A stretch of DNA of 64,000 bases from positions 22,149 through 86,148 of the forward strand of contig CACZYB010000004.1 in the NCBI GenBank assembly GCA_902785275.1. Reading direction: 5' to 3'. The stretch is from an uncultured Pseudomonadota bacterium (GTDB lineage: Bacteria > Pseudomonadota > Alphaproteobacteria > Rs-D84 > CACZYB01). A program made the translations under genes and the position numbers. Below, piece by piece: positions 29,490-39,617 of this stretch. Every line of letters begins with the position of its first letter. Position 1 is the stretch's first letter. The notes beneath the pieces were generated by a model. That model worked only from the letters and a program-made list of their open reading frames with translations. It was not told the origin of the DNA and did no database searches.

Positions 29490-31100
29490 ATGACAGTAAT
29501 AAAAGTAGAAACAAAACCTTTTGAAAATCAGAAACCTGGTACAGGTGGTTTAAGAAAACAAACAAAAGTTTTTATGGAACCAAATTATCTTGAAAATTTT
29601 GTTCAGGCTTCTGTTAGTGTAAGAAAAAATAATGGCGATATCCTTAACAGTTGGGTTGTTGGTGGAGATGGAAGATATCCTGGTAAACAAGTTCTTGGTA
29701 AGATTATAAAAATACTTGTTGCAAATGGTATTAAAAAAGTTTTGGTTGTTGGTCGTGATTTGATTGCTCCTACACCTGCAATTTCTAATATTATCAAAAA
29801 ATACAATACTGATGGTGGATTTATTCTTTCTGCTTCACATAATCCTGGTGGTATAAATGGTGATTTTGGTATTAAGGTTGAAATGAGCAATGGTGGTGGT
29901 GCACCAGAAGTTATCACAAATGCAATTTACGATGAAACAAAAGTTATTAAGGAATATTTGAGTTTGGATATTTCTGATGAAGATGCATTGAATCTTCCGG
30001 AAGTAGAATATCTTGATCCAATAAAAGATTACGCTGATTTAATGGAATCTATGTTTGATTTTGATGCAATTCGTGATTGGTTTAAGGCTGGTCATACATT
30101 CCGCTTTAATGCAATGAATGCGTCAACTGGTCCATCGGCTGTTGAAATATTTGTAAACAGACTTGGTGCAAAACGTGAATGGATTTTAAATTCTATTCCT
30201 ATGGATGATTTTGGTGGTGTACATCCAGAACCAAATCCAACATATGCAAAGGATTTCTTTGATGATATGATGAATGGTATGGCAGATTTTGGTTGTGCAT
30301 GTGATGGCGATGGTGATAGAAATATGATACTTGGAAACAAGTTCTATGTTATACCATCTGATTGCTTGGCAATTATGACAAAGTATCACAAGCTTGTTCC
30401 ATATTACAAAAATGGACTTTCTGGTGTTGCAAGATCAATCCCAACTTCAAGTTCAGTTGATAGAGTAGCAAAGAGTATGGGGCTTGATGTGTATAACACA
30501 CCTACTGGTTGGAAGTTCTTTGCAAGTCTTCTTGATGCTGGAAAGATAAATCTTTGTGGTGAAGAAAGCTTTGGTCAAGGTGGTGATTATATTCGTGAAA
30601 AAGATGGTATTTTTGCGATACTTTTCTGGCTTAATATTTTGGCTCGTACTGGTAAAACTGTGGAAGAATTGGTTAGAGAAATGTGGAATGAAAATGGCCG
30701 TATTTTCTACTCTCAATACAGTTATGAAGGTGTGGATAAGGAAAAGGCAACAAAGCTTTGGGAAGATATGAAAGTTGCAAATATTGACGGTAAAAAATAT
30801 GGTAACTTTGAAATCTCTAAAAAAGAAGTTTTTGATTATACCGATCCTGTTAATGGTGAAGTTTCAAAGGCGCAAGGTGTGCAGATTTTGACCAAAGATA
30901 ATGTAAGAATTTTCTTCAGGCTTTCTGGTACTGGTACTGTTGGTGCAACAATCAGACTTTATATTGAAAAATATGAAAATGATGCATCAAAATTCTCTTT
31001 GCCTGCACGTGAATATTTGAAAGATATTTATGTTCTTGTTGATGAAATTTTGGGTATAAAGGAAATATTTGGTGATATAAAACCAAGTGCAATAAATTAA
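29490..31100 (+). CDS. pgm: phosphoglucomutase (alpha-D-glucose phosphate-specific)
   Basis: The phosphoserine loop SASHNPGG is present and the length (~537 aa) fits PGM. The start was placed at the ATG after an AAGGAG RBS. The ORF track's TTG start is 63 nt upstream. Confidence 0.85.
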   Translation: MTVIKVETKPFENQKPGTGGLRKQTKVFMEPNYLENFVQASVSVRKNNGDILNSWVVGGDGRYPGKQVLGKIIKILVANGIKKVLVVGRDLIAPTPAISNIIKKYNTDGGFILSASHNPGGINGDFGIKVEMSNGGGAPEVITNAIYDETKVIKEYLSLDISDEDALNLPEVEYLDPIKDYADLMESMFDFDAIRDWFKAGHTFRFNAMNASTGPSAVEIFVNRLGAKREWILNSIPMDDFGGVHPEPNPTYAKDFFDDMMNGMADFGCACDGDGDRNMILGNKFYVIPSDCLAIMTKYHKLVPYYKNGLSGVARSIPTSSSVDRVAKSMGLDVYNTPTGWKFFASLLDAGKINLCGEESFGQGGDYIREKDGIFAILFWLNILARTGKTVEELVREMWNENGRIFYSQYSYEGVDKEKATKLWEDMKVANIDGKKYGNFEISKKEVFDYTDPVNGEVSKAQGVQILTKDNVRIFFRLSGTGTVGATIRLYIEKYENDASKFSLPAREYLKDIYVLVDEILGIKEIFGDIKPSAIN

Positions 31101-31118
31101 TGAAAAGGTTGGTAGTTT

Positions 31119-32501
31119 ATGTTTGAATCTTTATCAAAAAAATTGCTTAAAACTTTTGATGCAATTCGTGGAAAGGATAAACTTTCTGAAGCTGATGTTA
31201 AAAATGCGTTAAGGGAAATAAAAATTGCTTTGTTAGAGGCGGATGTTTCCCTTTCTGTTGTAAAAGACTTTTTGAAACGAATTGAAGAAAAAGCTGTTGG
31301 GCAAAAAATTATTGAAGATGTAAGTCCAGCGAATCAAGTTGTAAAAATTGTTAATGATGAACTTGTTTCTATGCTTGGTGAAAAAAATGATGGTTTTAAT
31401 TTTGACAAGAAACCTTTTATCATTTTGATGGCCGGACTTAATGGAAGTGGTAAAACTACAACTACCGCAAAACTTTCGAAATTTATTGCTGAGAAGTATT
31501 CAAAAAAAGTACTTATGCTTTCAACCGATGTTTATAGACCTCAGGCAAGAGAACAACTTGCTGTTTGGGGTGAAAGAATTGGTGTTGATACTCTTTCTAT
31601 TGTTCAGAATGAAACTCCATTTGATATTATAAAACGTGCGAAAAAAGTTTTTGCTGATTATGATGTCGTTTTGGTCGATACTGCTGGTCGTGTAAGCATT
31701 GACGATGAAATGATGAAGGAGATTTCAAAGATAAAATCTGAAATTTCTCCGAATGAAATTTTGCTTTGTGTTGATGCTTTGGTTGGTCAGGATGGTATTA
31801 ATATTGCAAATTCATTTAATGATGCCTTGTCATTGACTGGTATTGTTATGACTAGAGTTGATGGTGATGCAAGGGGTGGTGTTGCCCTTTCTATGAAGAC
31901 TGTTACTGGGGTGCCGGTAAAGTTTTTAGGAAGTGGTGAAAAAATTGATGATATAGAACTTTTCTTCCCTGATAGAATTGCAAGCCGAATCCTTGGGATG
32001 GGTGATATTGTTTCGTTGGTGGAAAAGGCGCAGGAAAAAATTGATGAGCAAGAAGCTGCTCGTCTTACTGAACGAATGATGTCTGGACAATTTACTTTTG
32101 AAGATATGCTTGCTCAGTTTAAACAGGTTAAAAGACTTGGTTCCATTGGTGGAATTATGAAATTTCTTCCTGGTATTGGTGGATTGGCGGATAAACTTCA
32201 ATCTGCGGGAATGAATGATGATATGATGAAAAGACAGGAAGCAATTATTCTTTCTATGACTCCAAAGGAACGCAGAAATCCTGATATTATTTTGATGGGG
32301 CGAAAAAAGCGTATTGCAAAAGGTGCGGGTGTTTCTGTTTCTGATGTGGAAAAACTTATTCGTCAATATCAAAAGACAAAATCTGTTATGGATCAAATGA
32401 ATAGCATGGGCGGACTTAAAGGACTTATGAATATGGCAAAGCAACTTAAAGATAGTGGCGAATTTGCAAATATGCCTGATTTAAGTGGTTTGAAGTTTTA
32501 G
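31119..32501 (+). CDS. ffh: signal recognition particle protein Ffh
   Basis: It has the N domain, the G domain (GLNGSGKTTT, DTAGR) and a Met-rich M domain. Confidence 0.95.
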   Translation: MFESLSKKLLKTFDAIRGKDKLSEADVKNALREIKIALLEADVSLSVVKDFLKRIEEKAVGQKIIEDVSPANQVVKIVNDELVSMLGEKNDGFNFDKKPFIILMAGLNGSGKTTTTAKLSKFIAEKYSKKVLMLSTDVYRPQAREQLAVWGERIGVDTLSIVQNETPFDIIKRAKKVFADYDVVLVDTAGRVSIDDEMMKEISKIKSEISPNEILLCVDALVGQDGINIANSFNDALSLTGIVMTRVDGDARGGVALSMKTVTGVPVKFLGSGEKIDDIELFFPDRIASRILGMGDIVSLVEKAQEKIDEQEAARLTERMMSGQFTFEDMLAQFKQVKRLGSIGGIMKFLPGIGGLADKLQSAGMNDDMMKRQEAIILSMTPKERRNPDIILMGRKKRIAKGAGVSVSDVEKLIRQYQKTKSVMDQMNSMGGLKGLMNMAKQLKDSGEFANMPDLSGLKF

Positions 32502-32513
32502 TTGGATTTTGTT

Positions 32514-33107
32514 ATGAAAAAGACTTTTTATTTAGTTCGTCATGGGCAAACAGAGTGGAATAAAATTGGTCGAATTCAGGGATTGACAGATATTCCTTTG
32601 AGTGATTTCGGTCAAAAGCAGGCTGGTGATATTGCAAAACATTTGCTTAAAGTTGGTGTTCCTATATCTTATATTTACACAAGTCCTCTTAAACGTGCAA
32701 GTATGACTGCGGATATTATTTCTGAAAAAATTGGGATTAATGTTAATAAAAGTCCTTTTTTGAAAGAGGTTTGTTTTGGTGATGCAGAAGGAAAGATTTA
32801 TTCGGAATTACCTTCTCATCTTAAATCTCTTTTTGATGCAATTTTTGTTGGTGGAAGTAATGTTGGAAATGTGAATATGCGACTTTCCAATGCAGAAACT
32901 TTTGATGAAGTTTTTTCAAGATTTATTTCTTTTATGGATAGTGTTCCTGCGGATGAAGATAATGTTTTGCTTGTTACTCATGGGGCATTTATAAAAATTG
33001 TTTTACTTAAGTTTTTAAGTGAGGATGTGCGAATCGGAAATTGTGCATGCTTTTCTTTTGAGTATGATACAGAAACAAAAGATATTGCAAAAGTGACTTG
33101 TATTTAA
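32514..33107 (+). CDS. histidine phosphatase (phosphoglycerate mutase) family protein
   Basis: It has the N-terminal RHG motif (LVRHGQTEWN) and a downstream catalytic His (VTHGAF). Confidence 0.7.
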   Translation: MKKTFYLVRHGQTEWNKIGRIQGLTDIPLSDFGQKQAGDIAKHLLKVGVPISYIYTSPLKRASMTADIISEKIGINVNKSPFLKEVCFGDAEGKIYSELPSHLKSLFDAIFVGGSNVGNVNMRLSNAETFDEVFSRFISFMDSVPADEDNVLLVTHGAFIKIVLLKFLSEDVRIGNCACFSFEYDTETKDIAKVTCI

Positions 33108-33179
33108 ATAATTTTATATTTTGCTTGAAAAAATCATTTAAAGTATTATAATGTATCTGTTTTTAGAGTTTCTACCTAT

Positions 33180-33270
33180 GCAGATGTGGCGGAACAGGTA
33201 GACGCAAGGGACTTAAAATCCCTCGGGCATTCAAACGTCCGTGCCGGTTCGATTCCGGCCATCTGCACCA
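33180..33270 (+). tRNA. tRNA-Leu (anticodon TAA), with CCA
   Basis: It folds manually as a cloverleaf. The acceptor stem is GCAGATG/CATCTGC, the D-loop AACAGGTAGA and the anticodon loop CTTAAAA. It has a long variable arm, the T-loop TTCGATT and a 3' ACCA. It is near-identical in architecture to E. coli tRNA-Leu(UAA). Confidence 0.85.
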
Positions 33271-33851
33271 ACTTAACTCATTGAATTTACTCACTTATTT
33301 ATTTTAACTTTTTATAAAGTTTAAATTTTTATCTTTTGCAAAACACTTGTAAAAACAATAACTTAGCATTTTTGATGCTGTAAAAAGGTTAGGGGATTTT
33401 GCAAATGTTTAGCAACTGTATGGCAAAGTGTATGGCAAAAACAAAAATTAAGCCACATTTATGGTTGAGGAACGGGGTTTTTATTGTAGAATGGAGTTAT
33501 CTAGGGTAGAGGGCAAAAGAAGATATTTTTGTTATTCTTTTCATACAACAAATTACTATGAAGTATATGATGAAAAGAATAGATAGTTTTGAAAAAATGG
33601 AAAAAGCTTTATCGGAGTGTGTAAAAGATGGATTTACATCAATTCCTCTTGAAGATTGTAAAAAACATTTAGCGGAACAACGAAAAAAATCTGAAGTAGA
33701 TAGTAGAAAATATATTGTTACTGAGGAACAACTTCAACGAAGATTTACTATATAGTTGTAGATTTTGTAATCTTGAATTTTTTTGTTATTGAAAATAGTG
33801 TGATTTTTAAATATTGCTAAAGCCTGATGTAAGGTTAAGAATTAATATATT

Positions 33852-34778
33852 TTATTTCTTTGAAAATTCGATGACACGGATGATGCCGCTTAGATCCTTA
33901 AAATATTTTTCGAATTTGAAACCGAATGCTTCGAATATTTTTTTTACATCGTTTTCTTGGCCTTTACCAAGTTCGAGGAATATTTTTCCATTTTTTTCAA
34001 GGATATTCCAGTTATATATTGCCTGAGAAATTGCACGATATTCATCGAGTCCGTCACGACCACCAAACAAAGCCTTTTGTGGTTCAAATTTCTTTACATC
34101 TTTATCAAGTGTTTTCATATCATTTGTAGTTATGTATGGTGGGTTGGAAATGATGATGTGAAATTTATTTGATATTATCTTTTTGTTTGGTTTGGGTTTG
34201 TGCCAATCTTGTTTAATTATTATTGAACGGTTATCAAAAGATAAAATTTTAGAGTTTTGTTTTGCTGTTTTTACAGCACCGGATTGTATATCAATTCCTA
34301 TACCAAACGCTTGTTTGAATTCTGATAAAAGACTTAAAAGAAGACATCCAGAGCCGGTTCCCATATCAAGAATTTTGTATGAAAAGTTTTTGTCTTTGAA
34401 TTCTGATTTAATCGCATCGATAATAGTTTCGCTGTCGGGTCTTGGAATTAAAGTTTTTTTTGAAATTTTGAATGGAAGGGACCAAAATTCCTTGAACTTT
34501 GTGATTTGTGCAATAGGTTCGGAATTAGCCCTTCTTTTTATTAATTTCATATAGTGGTGATAAAGCTTTAAAGGAACTTCGGTATTTGCATGGGAAATAA
34601 GTTCATAACTTTCCATACCCAAAACGTATGAAAGTAAAACCTTTGCATCCAAATCAAAACTTTCAATACCGGCAGTTTTTAATAAAGACTTTCCGGTATT
34701 TAAAGTTTGTTCTATGCTGTATGTTTTGCAAATATCAATCATAAAAATATGATGACATAAAGCTTTTAATATTTCCAC
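33852..34778 (-). CDS. prmC: release factor glutamine N5-methyltransferase PrmC (HemK)
   Basis: It has the NPPY motif (ISNPPYI) and the SAM-binding motif (ILDMGTGSGCL). Confidence 0.85.
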   Translation of the reverse strand: MEILKALCHHIFMIDICKTYSIEQTLNTGKSLLKTAGIESFDLDAKVLLSYVLGMESYELISHANTEVPLKLYHHYMKLIKRRANSEPIAQITKFKEFWSLPFKISKKTLIPRPDSETIIDAIKSEFKDKNFSYKILDMGTGSGCLLLSLLSEFKQAFGIGIDIQSGAVKTAKQNSKILSFDNRSIIIKQDWHKPKPNKKIISNKFHIIISNPPYITTNDMKTLDKDVKKFEPQKALFGGRDGLDEYRAISQAIYNWNILEKNGKIFLELGKGQENDVKKIFEAFGFKFEKYFKDLSGIIRVIEFSKK

Positions 34779-34803
34779 AAGTAGATGTTCCTAAAACTTT
34801 TGT

Positions 34804-35736
34804 TTACTTTGATGAAAGCAAATATTTTGTTGCTTCCATTGCAGCTTGGGCACCACTTGCAGCGGCAATTACAACTTGTTTAAAGTGTGGATTTTTTACA
34901 TCACCAGCACCGAAAATGCCATCGATGTTTGTTGCGCAAAGGTTTGGTTTTGTTTTTATATATCCAGCTTCATCAAGTTCTATTTGATTTGCAAAAATTT
35001 CTGTGTTTGGTTTGTTACCTATTGCAATGAAAACACCTTCTGTTGGGTATTCTGTAACTTCGCCTGTTTTTGTGTTTTTTACCTTTAATGCAGAAACTTT
35101 GCCATCTGTTTCAACAATTTCTTCGACTGTAGAATTCCAAATAACTTCACAATTTGGTGTATCAAAGAAATGTTTTTGATTGATATTTTCAGCAGTGAAA
35201 TGATCTCTGCGGTGGATTACTGTAACTTTGCTGCATACAGTTGAAAGGTGCAATGCTTCGTAAACAGCAGTGTTTCCTCCACCTATAACGAAAACTTCTT
35301 TATCACGGAAGAAGAATCCATCACATGTTGCGCAGTATGAAACGCCGTGGCCTGTTAATTTTTTTTCATTTGGAAGCCCCAAAGTTTTGCATGATGCACC
35401 AGTTGCAATGATTACAGCATCAGCAGTGATTTCTTCACCATTTTCAGTTTTAAGAGTAAAAGGACGATTGTTTAAATCTGCGTTTATAACTGTATCTGCA
35501 AGAATTTCAGCACCGAAGATTTCAGCCTGTTTTCTCATTTGTTCAGTTAGGTATAGTCCATCGATTTTTTCTGTAAATCCAGGATAGTTTTCCAAATCAA
35601 ATGACTTTGTGATTTGGCCACCGAATTCCATTCCTGTGATTATCAATGGTTTATTTCCGTTTCTTGCAGCATAAATTCCAGCAGAATAGCCAGCAGGGCC
35701 AGAACCAATTATTACAACTTCGTGATGTTTACTCAT
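34804..35736 (-). CDS. trxB: thioredoxin reductase
   Basis: It has the FAD motif (GSGPAGYSAG), the redox-active CATCDG and the NAD(P) motif (GGGNTA). Confidence 0.9.
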   Translation of the reverse strand: MSKHHEVVIIGSGPAGYSAGIYAARNGNKPLIITGMEFGGQITKSFDLENYPGFTEKIDGLYLTEQMRKQAEIFGAEILADTVINADLNNRPFTLKTENGEEITADAVIIATGASCKTLGLPNEKKLTGHGVSYCATCDGFFFRDKEVFVIGGGNTAVYEALHLSTVCSKVTVIHRRDHFTAENINQKHFFDTPNCEVIWNSTVEEIVETDGKVSALKVKNTKTGEVTEYPTEGVFIAIGNKPNTEIFANQIELDEAGYIKTKPNLCATNIDGIFGAGDVKNPHFKQVVIAAASGAQAAMEATKYLLSSK

Positions 35737-35813
35737 TTTTAATCTCCTTTTTTATAATTCTATTGAATTATAGGAAAATAAGAATGTTTTTTCAAGGTAT
35801 TTATTATCTTTTA

Positions 35814-36728
35814 TTAAGATTTTTTATTTTCAAATTCATCAATTTTTTTTCTTAGGAGTCTTAGTTCATGTACTTGGTTATCCCTTACTAATTTTAGAAC
35901 CTCAATATACTCCTTTATCATTTCGGAAATTGTGTAGTATGTGAAATCATTATATTTAATAGTTAGCTCTCTTGAATTTACTTCTTTAACTACCTTATTT
36001 ACTTCACTTATTAAATACTTTATCCAGATAAAAGATGTTACACCCTTTACCTTTTCGTAAACATTATCAATTGCAGAGCCGGAATGAATGACGTAATTGT
36101 AAAGTTTATCTTGAAGTAAAAATGTACTTTTTGAAAACATTAAGTAAAGTGTCATAAACACAGTATCTTCGTGTGTTGGAATTTGAGGAAATTTTAAATT
36201 GTTTTTTGTTATTATGGATTTTTTTATTATTTTGTTCCATAAGAATTTTCCGGTACTGTCAACAATGCTTAAATTTACTTCTTTTTTACCGGATGATTTA
36301 AGTTCCCAGTCTTTATTTTTATTCCAATATTTTCTGACACCTAGATTTTCCTTATCAAAAATGATTTTTGCACTACATTCTGCCAAATCAGCACCAGAGT
36401 TTATAATTGCTTTGAGCATTTTTTTGCACGTATGTTTTTCGAACCAGTCATCACTGTCGCACCACATGATATATTCGGCGGTTGATGCTTTGATACCTGC
36501 ATTTCGGGAATAACCGATACCCATATTTTGTGGGTTGTTGATTATTTTTATACGTTTATCTTTTTTTGCATAACTGTTTAAAATATCCAAAGAGTTATCT
36601 GTTGAACCATCGTTTACGCAAATAATTTCGATATTTTTATATGATTGAGAAATAAGGCTTTTGATACATCTATCTATGTATTTTTCTCTATTATAAACAG
36701 GTACGATAATTGAAATTAAATCTTTCAT
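35814..36728 (-). CDS. family 2 glycosyltransferase
   Basis: The N-terminus, IVPVYNREKYIDRCIKSL…NDGSTDNS…DSDD, is the GT-A DxD fold. Confidence 0.75.
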   Translation of the reverse strand: MKDLISIIVPVYNREKYIDRCIKSLISQSYKNIEIICVNDGSTDNSLDILNSYAKKDKRIKIINNPQNMGIGYSRNAGIKASTAEYIMWCDSDDWFEKHTCKKMLKAIINSGADLAECSAKIIFDKENLGVRKYWNKNKDWELKSSGKKEVNLSIVDSTGKFLWNKIIKKSIITKNNLKFPQIPTHEDTVFMTLYLMFSKSTFLLQDKLYNYVIHSGSAIDNVYEKVKGVTSFIWIKYLISEVNKVVKEVNSRELTIKYNDFTYYTISEMIKEYIEVLKLVRDNQVHELRLLRKKIDEFENKKS

Positions 36729-36745
36729 TTTGGTCCCTTTATGTA

Positions 36746-37153
36746 TTACATAAATCGTTTATCAAAAGTTATTTCCAAACTTTGGTTTAAATTGTTGTTA
36801 TAAAAATTTATAAGTTCGTTACGGAATGCATTAATATTGTCATTTAGTTGGTATACCTGATTTTCTAAGTCATCATAAATCTTTCTTGCTTCAGATACCG
36901 ATGTACATTTTTCAGGTTCGATTTTTTTTATTTTTTTTATAAAGTCATTTGCTTTTGAAACAAAATCTCTAGTGTAATCATCTATTTTTATAAGATCGTC
37001 CCAGAAATCATTTTTTTTCAAATCATCAATAGTTACAAGTTTACTTCCATCATTCCATTCGGGCGGAACAATGGATTTAAATTCTTTTGCTTCGGTATCC
37101 TTTTGAATTATTGGATTTACCTTTTTTTTATGTTTTTTAAATAAGTTTATCAT
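36746..37153 (-). CDS. hypothetical protein
   Basis: A 135-aa ORF with no recognisable motif. It lies on the same strand immediately downstream of the GT2 gene. Confidence 0.35.
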   Translation of the reverse strand: MINLFKKHKKKVNPIIQKDTEAKEFKSIVPPEWNDGSKLVTIDDLKKNDFWDDLIKIDDYTRDFVSKANDFIKKIKKIEPEKCTSVSEARKIYDDLENQVYQLNDNINAFRNELINFYNNNLNQSLEITFDKRFM

Positions 37154-37303
37154 GCTTTAAATAATCTCATATTTTTAAAGAAAAGTAAAGTAAAAAAATA
37201 AAAACGGCTGATTTCTTGCTTGATTATAAATATGTTGAAATTTTTGGTTTTTATATGTATACTTAGTATACTTAACTTCTTTTAATCCTGTGGGGTAAGT
37301 TAT

Positions 37304-38260
37304 ATGAAAAAGATATTTTTTATTTTATTGTTTATGATTTTTTCTGTTCCTGTTTTTTGTGCAGGTGGTCAGAACTTTTATTCTGTAAATGGTATTAGTG
37401 TTTCAGCAAATGCAGTTTCTTCCAGTGCCGCGAAAAAGCAAGCTTTGGAAAATGCAAAGGTGAAAGCTTTTAATACAGTGCTTTCACGTATACTTGTTTC
37501 AGAGGATTTACCAAAGGTTATAATTCCAGATAGCTATAATATGGAAAAGTTTGTGCAGACAGTGAAACTTAATAATGAAAAGACAACTTCATCTTCGTAT
37601 AGTGCAAGCGTTAATATTCAGATAAATAAAGGTATTATGACAGAGTATCTTAAAAATCAGGGATTGAATGTTGTTTCTGATGTGCCTCCATATACTTTGA
37701 TTGTATTTAAGGGAAACGATACTTTTGATTTTATGAATAATATTGATAATGAAAATATTATTCCTGTAATTGCCTATAGTTCATCAAAGTTTTCTTTTGA
37801 TGTGGAGAAGGCTGATCTTTCAAGATTTCGTGCAAGCATTCCTAATGTAAGTAATGTTGTTATTGTAAAGTCAGTTGGAAATTCAAATGGTAATTTTAAC
37901 ATTTCTGTAAAGGATAAATTGTTTGGTATAGAAGAAGATGTTTTGGCAGATACTTATTCATCTGTGCCTCATGCTATATTACAAGTTTTGAATGATGCAT
38001 ATAAGTATGCAATGACTACTAGAGATAGTGAATATATTTCTGTTTTGGTTCCTATTTACTCTCTTTCTGATTGGTTGGATTTGGAAAAAAAACTTTCAAA
38101 AGTTCCTGTATTCAAAAATATGGAAGTTCAAGCACTAAAATATAATAGGGTTCAATTAAAGATAAAATATAATTATGATTTGGATTCTGTTATTTCTTCA
38201 CTTTCAGGGATGGGTTTTGGTGTTGAAAACAAAGGTGAATATTTAATTATTAAGAGGTAA
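37304..38260 (+). CDS. secreted hypothetical protein (signal peptide), co-transcribed with hda
   Basis: It has a signal peptide, MKKIFFILLFMIFSVPVFCAGG. It is 318 aa and lies 3 nt upstream of hda. Confidence 0.45.
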   Translation: MKKIFFILLFMIFSVPVFCAGGQNFYSVNGISVSANAVSSSAAKKQALENAKVKAFNTVLSRILVSEDLPKVIIPDSYNMEKFVQTVKLNNEKTTSSSYSASVNIQINKGIMTEYLKNQGLNVVSDVPPYTLIVFKGNDTFDFMNNIDNENIIPVIAYSSSKFSFDVEKADLSRFRASIPNVSNVVIVKSVGNSNGNFNISVKDKLFGIEEDVLADTYSSVPHAILQVLNDAYKYAMTTRDSEYISVLVPIYSLSDWLDLEKKLSKVPVFKNMEVQALKYNRVQLKIKYNYDLDSVISSLSGMGFGVENKGEYLIIKR

Positions 38261-38263
38261 AAA

Positions 38264-38941
38264 ATGCAACAACTTCCACTTCTTTTGGAGCATAGGCGCC
38301 TTTTGGGACGTGAAGATTTTTTGGTTTCTCCTTGTAATGTAGAAGCGGTAGAGTGGATTGATTTGTATCCAGAGTGGAATAATAATTTATGTGTTGTTGT
38401 TTTGGGTGAAAAATCTTCGGGAAAGACTCATTTGGCTTGGCTTTTTAGTGAGAAAACTGGGTCAAAAGTTTATGACGCAAAGGAGCTTTCGGAGGAACTT
38501 TTTTCTGATATAGTTCCTGTTAATTCTGCTTTGGTTGTTGAAAATGTTGATGAAATTATTGGCAATTTCGATTTAGAAGAAGCTTTGTTTCATGTGATAA
38601 ATTATGCACAGGAGTGTAATACAAAAATTCTTTTGACTACCGAAGTTGCATTTTCAACTTTGAATTTTAAAATTTTGGATTTAAAAACACGACTTCAAAG
38701 TTTTCCTGTGGCAAATATTTATCCACCTGATGATGATTTTTTACAGGCATTGCTTGTGAAACAATTTTTGGAAAGGGATATTATTGTTGCGCCGGATGTT
38801 ATTGAATATATTGTTAAGCATATTACAAGAAATGCCGTTTCTGTGAAATATATTGTCGATCAGGCTGATTTACTTTCGTTTGAAGAAAAACACAGAATTA
38901 CAATTCCATTCATAAAAAAGATTATTGAAAAACTTGGATAG
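38264..38941 (+). CDS. hda: DnaA-regulatory inactivator Hda (HdaA)-like AAA+ protein
   Basis: It has a degenerate Walker A (LGEKSSGKTHL) and the short (~225 aa) DnaA-domain-III-like layout typical of Hda. Confidence 0.6.
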   Translation: MQQLPLLLEHRRLLGREDFLVSPCNVEAVEWIDLYPEWNNNLCVVVLGEKSSGKTHLAWLFSEKTGSKVYDAKELSEELFSDIVPVNSALVVENVDEIIGNFDLEEALFHVINYAQECNTKILLTTEVAFSTLNFKILDLKTRLQSFPVANIYPPDDDFLQALLVKQFLERDIIVAPDVIEYIVKHITRNAVSVKYIVDQADLLSFEEKHRITIPFIKKIIEKLG

Positions 38942-38942
38942 T

Positions 38943-39545
38943 TTATATCTTTTTTATTTTATCAAATTTTATTTTTCCTTCACGGAGATATATGATTTCT
39001 TTTTCTGTTGTATCGATTATTGTTGATGATTGACCAGAAAGTTTCTCGTGGGTATCTAATATTAAAACCTTATCACCAAAGATTTTTTCGGCGTCATTTG
39101 CACTTAGGCAGGCAGGATTTCCGCTTAGGTTACAGCTGGTTGAAATAAGTGGAGTTTTGATTTTTTTTAGAATCCAAAGCAATGTTTTATTGTTTGGGAT
39201 GCGGATGCCGATTTTCCCATCCTTTATTACATAGTTAGAAAGTTGGGTATTCTCTTTTACTTTTAAAATCAAACTTAGGGCACCGGGCATAAATTTTTTT
39301 ATTAATTTTTCATCACGAAGTGTTACCCTTGCAATCTTTTTTATTGCGGTAATATTTGGAACATTAAGTAGTAATGATTTGCTTTTTTCACGTTTTTTTA
39401 GTTCATATATTTTTTCAATGGATTTTGAATTTGTTGCGATACATCCAATCCCAAAAACCGTATCTGTTGGGAAAATTACAACTTCTCCGGCGGAGAGTTT
39501 TTGTGCTATTATTTCAAGATTTTCTTTTATCGGTTGTAAAATCAT
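38943..39545 (-). CDS. tsaC: L-threonylcarbamoyladenylate synthase (YrdC/TsaC)
   Basis: It has a YrdC-domain N-terminus (VVIFPTDTVFGIGC) and is ~200 aa. Confidence 0.75.
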   Translation of the reverse strand: MILQPIKENLEIIAQKLSAGEVVIFPTDTVFGIGCIATNSKSIEKIYELKKREKSKSLLLNVPNITAIKKIARVTLRDEKLIKKFMPGALSLILKVKENTQLSNYVIKDGKIGIRIPNNKTLLWILKKIKTPLISTSCNLSGNPACLSANDAEKIFGDKVLILDTHEKLSGQSSTIIDTTEKEIIYLREGKIKFDKIKKI

Positions 39546-39617
39546 TTTAATCCTTGATTAGTTTAATTTTATAAGTTATTATAATACTATATAACATAAA
39601 ATAAAAGGGTTTTAAAT

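Noticed and set aside
31926-32444. 172-aa minus-strand ORF inside ffh
   Set aside because: It is antisense to the universally conserved Ffh.
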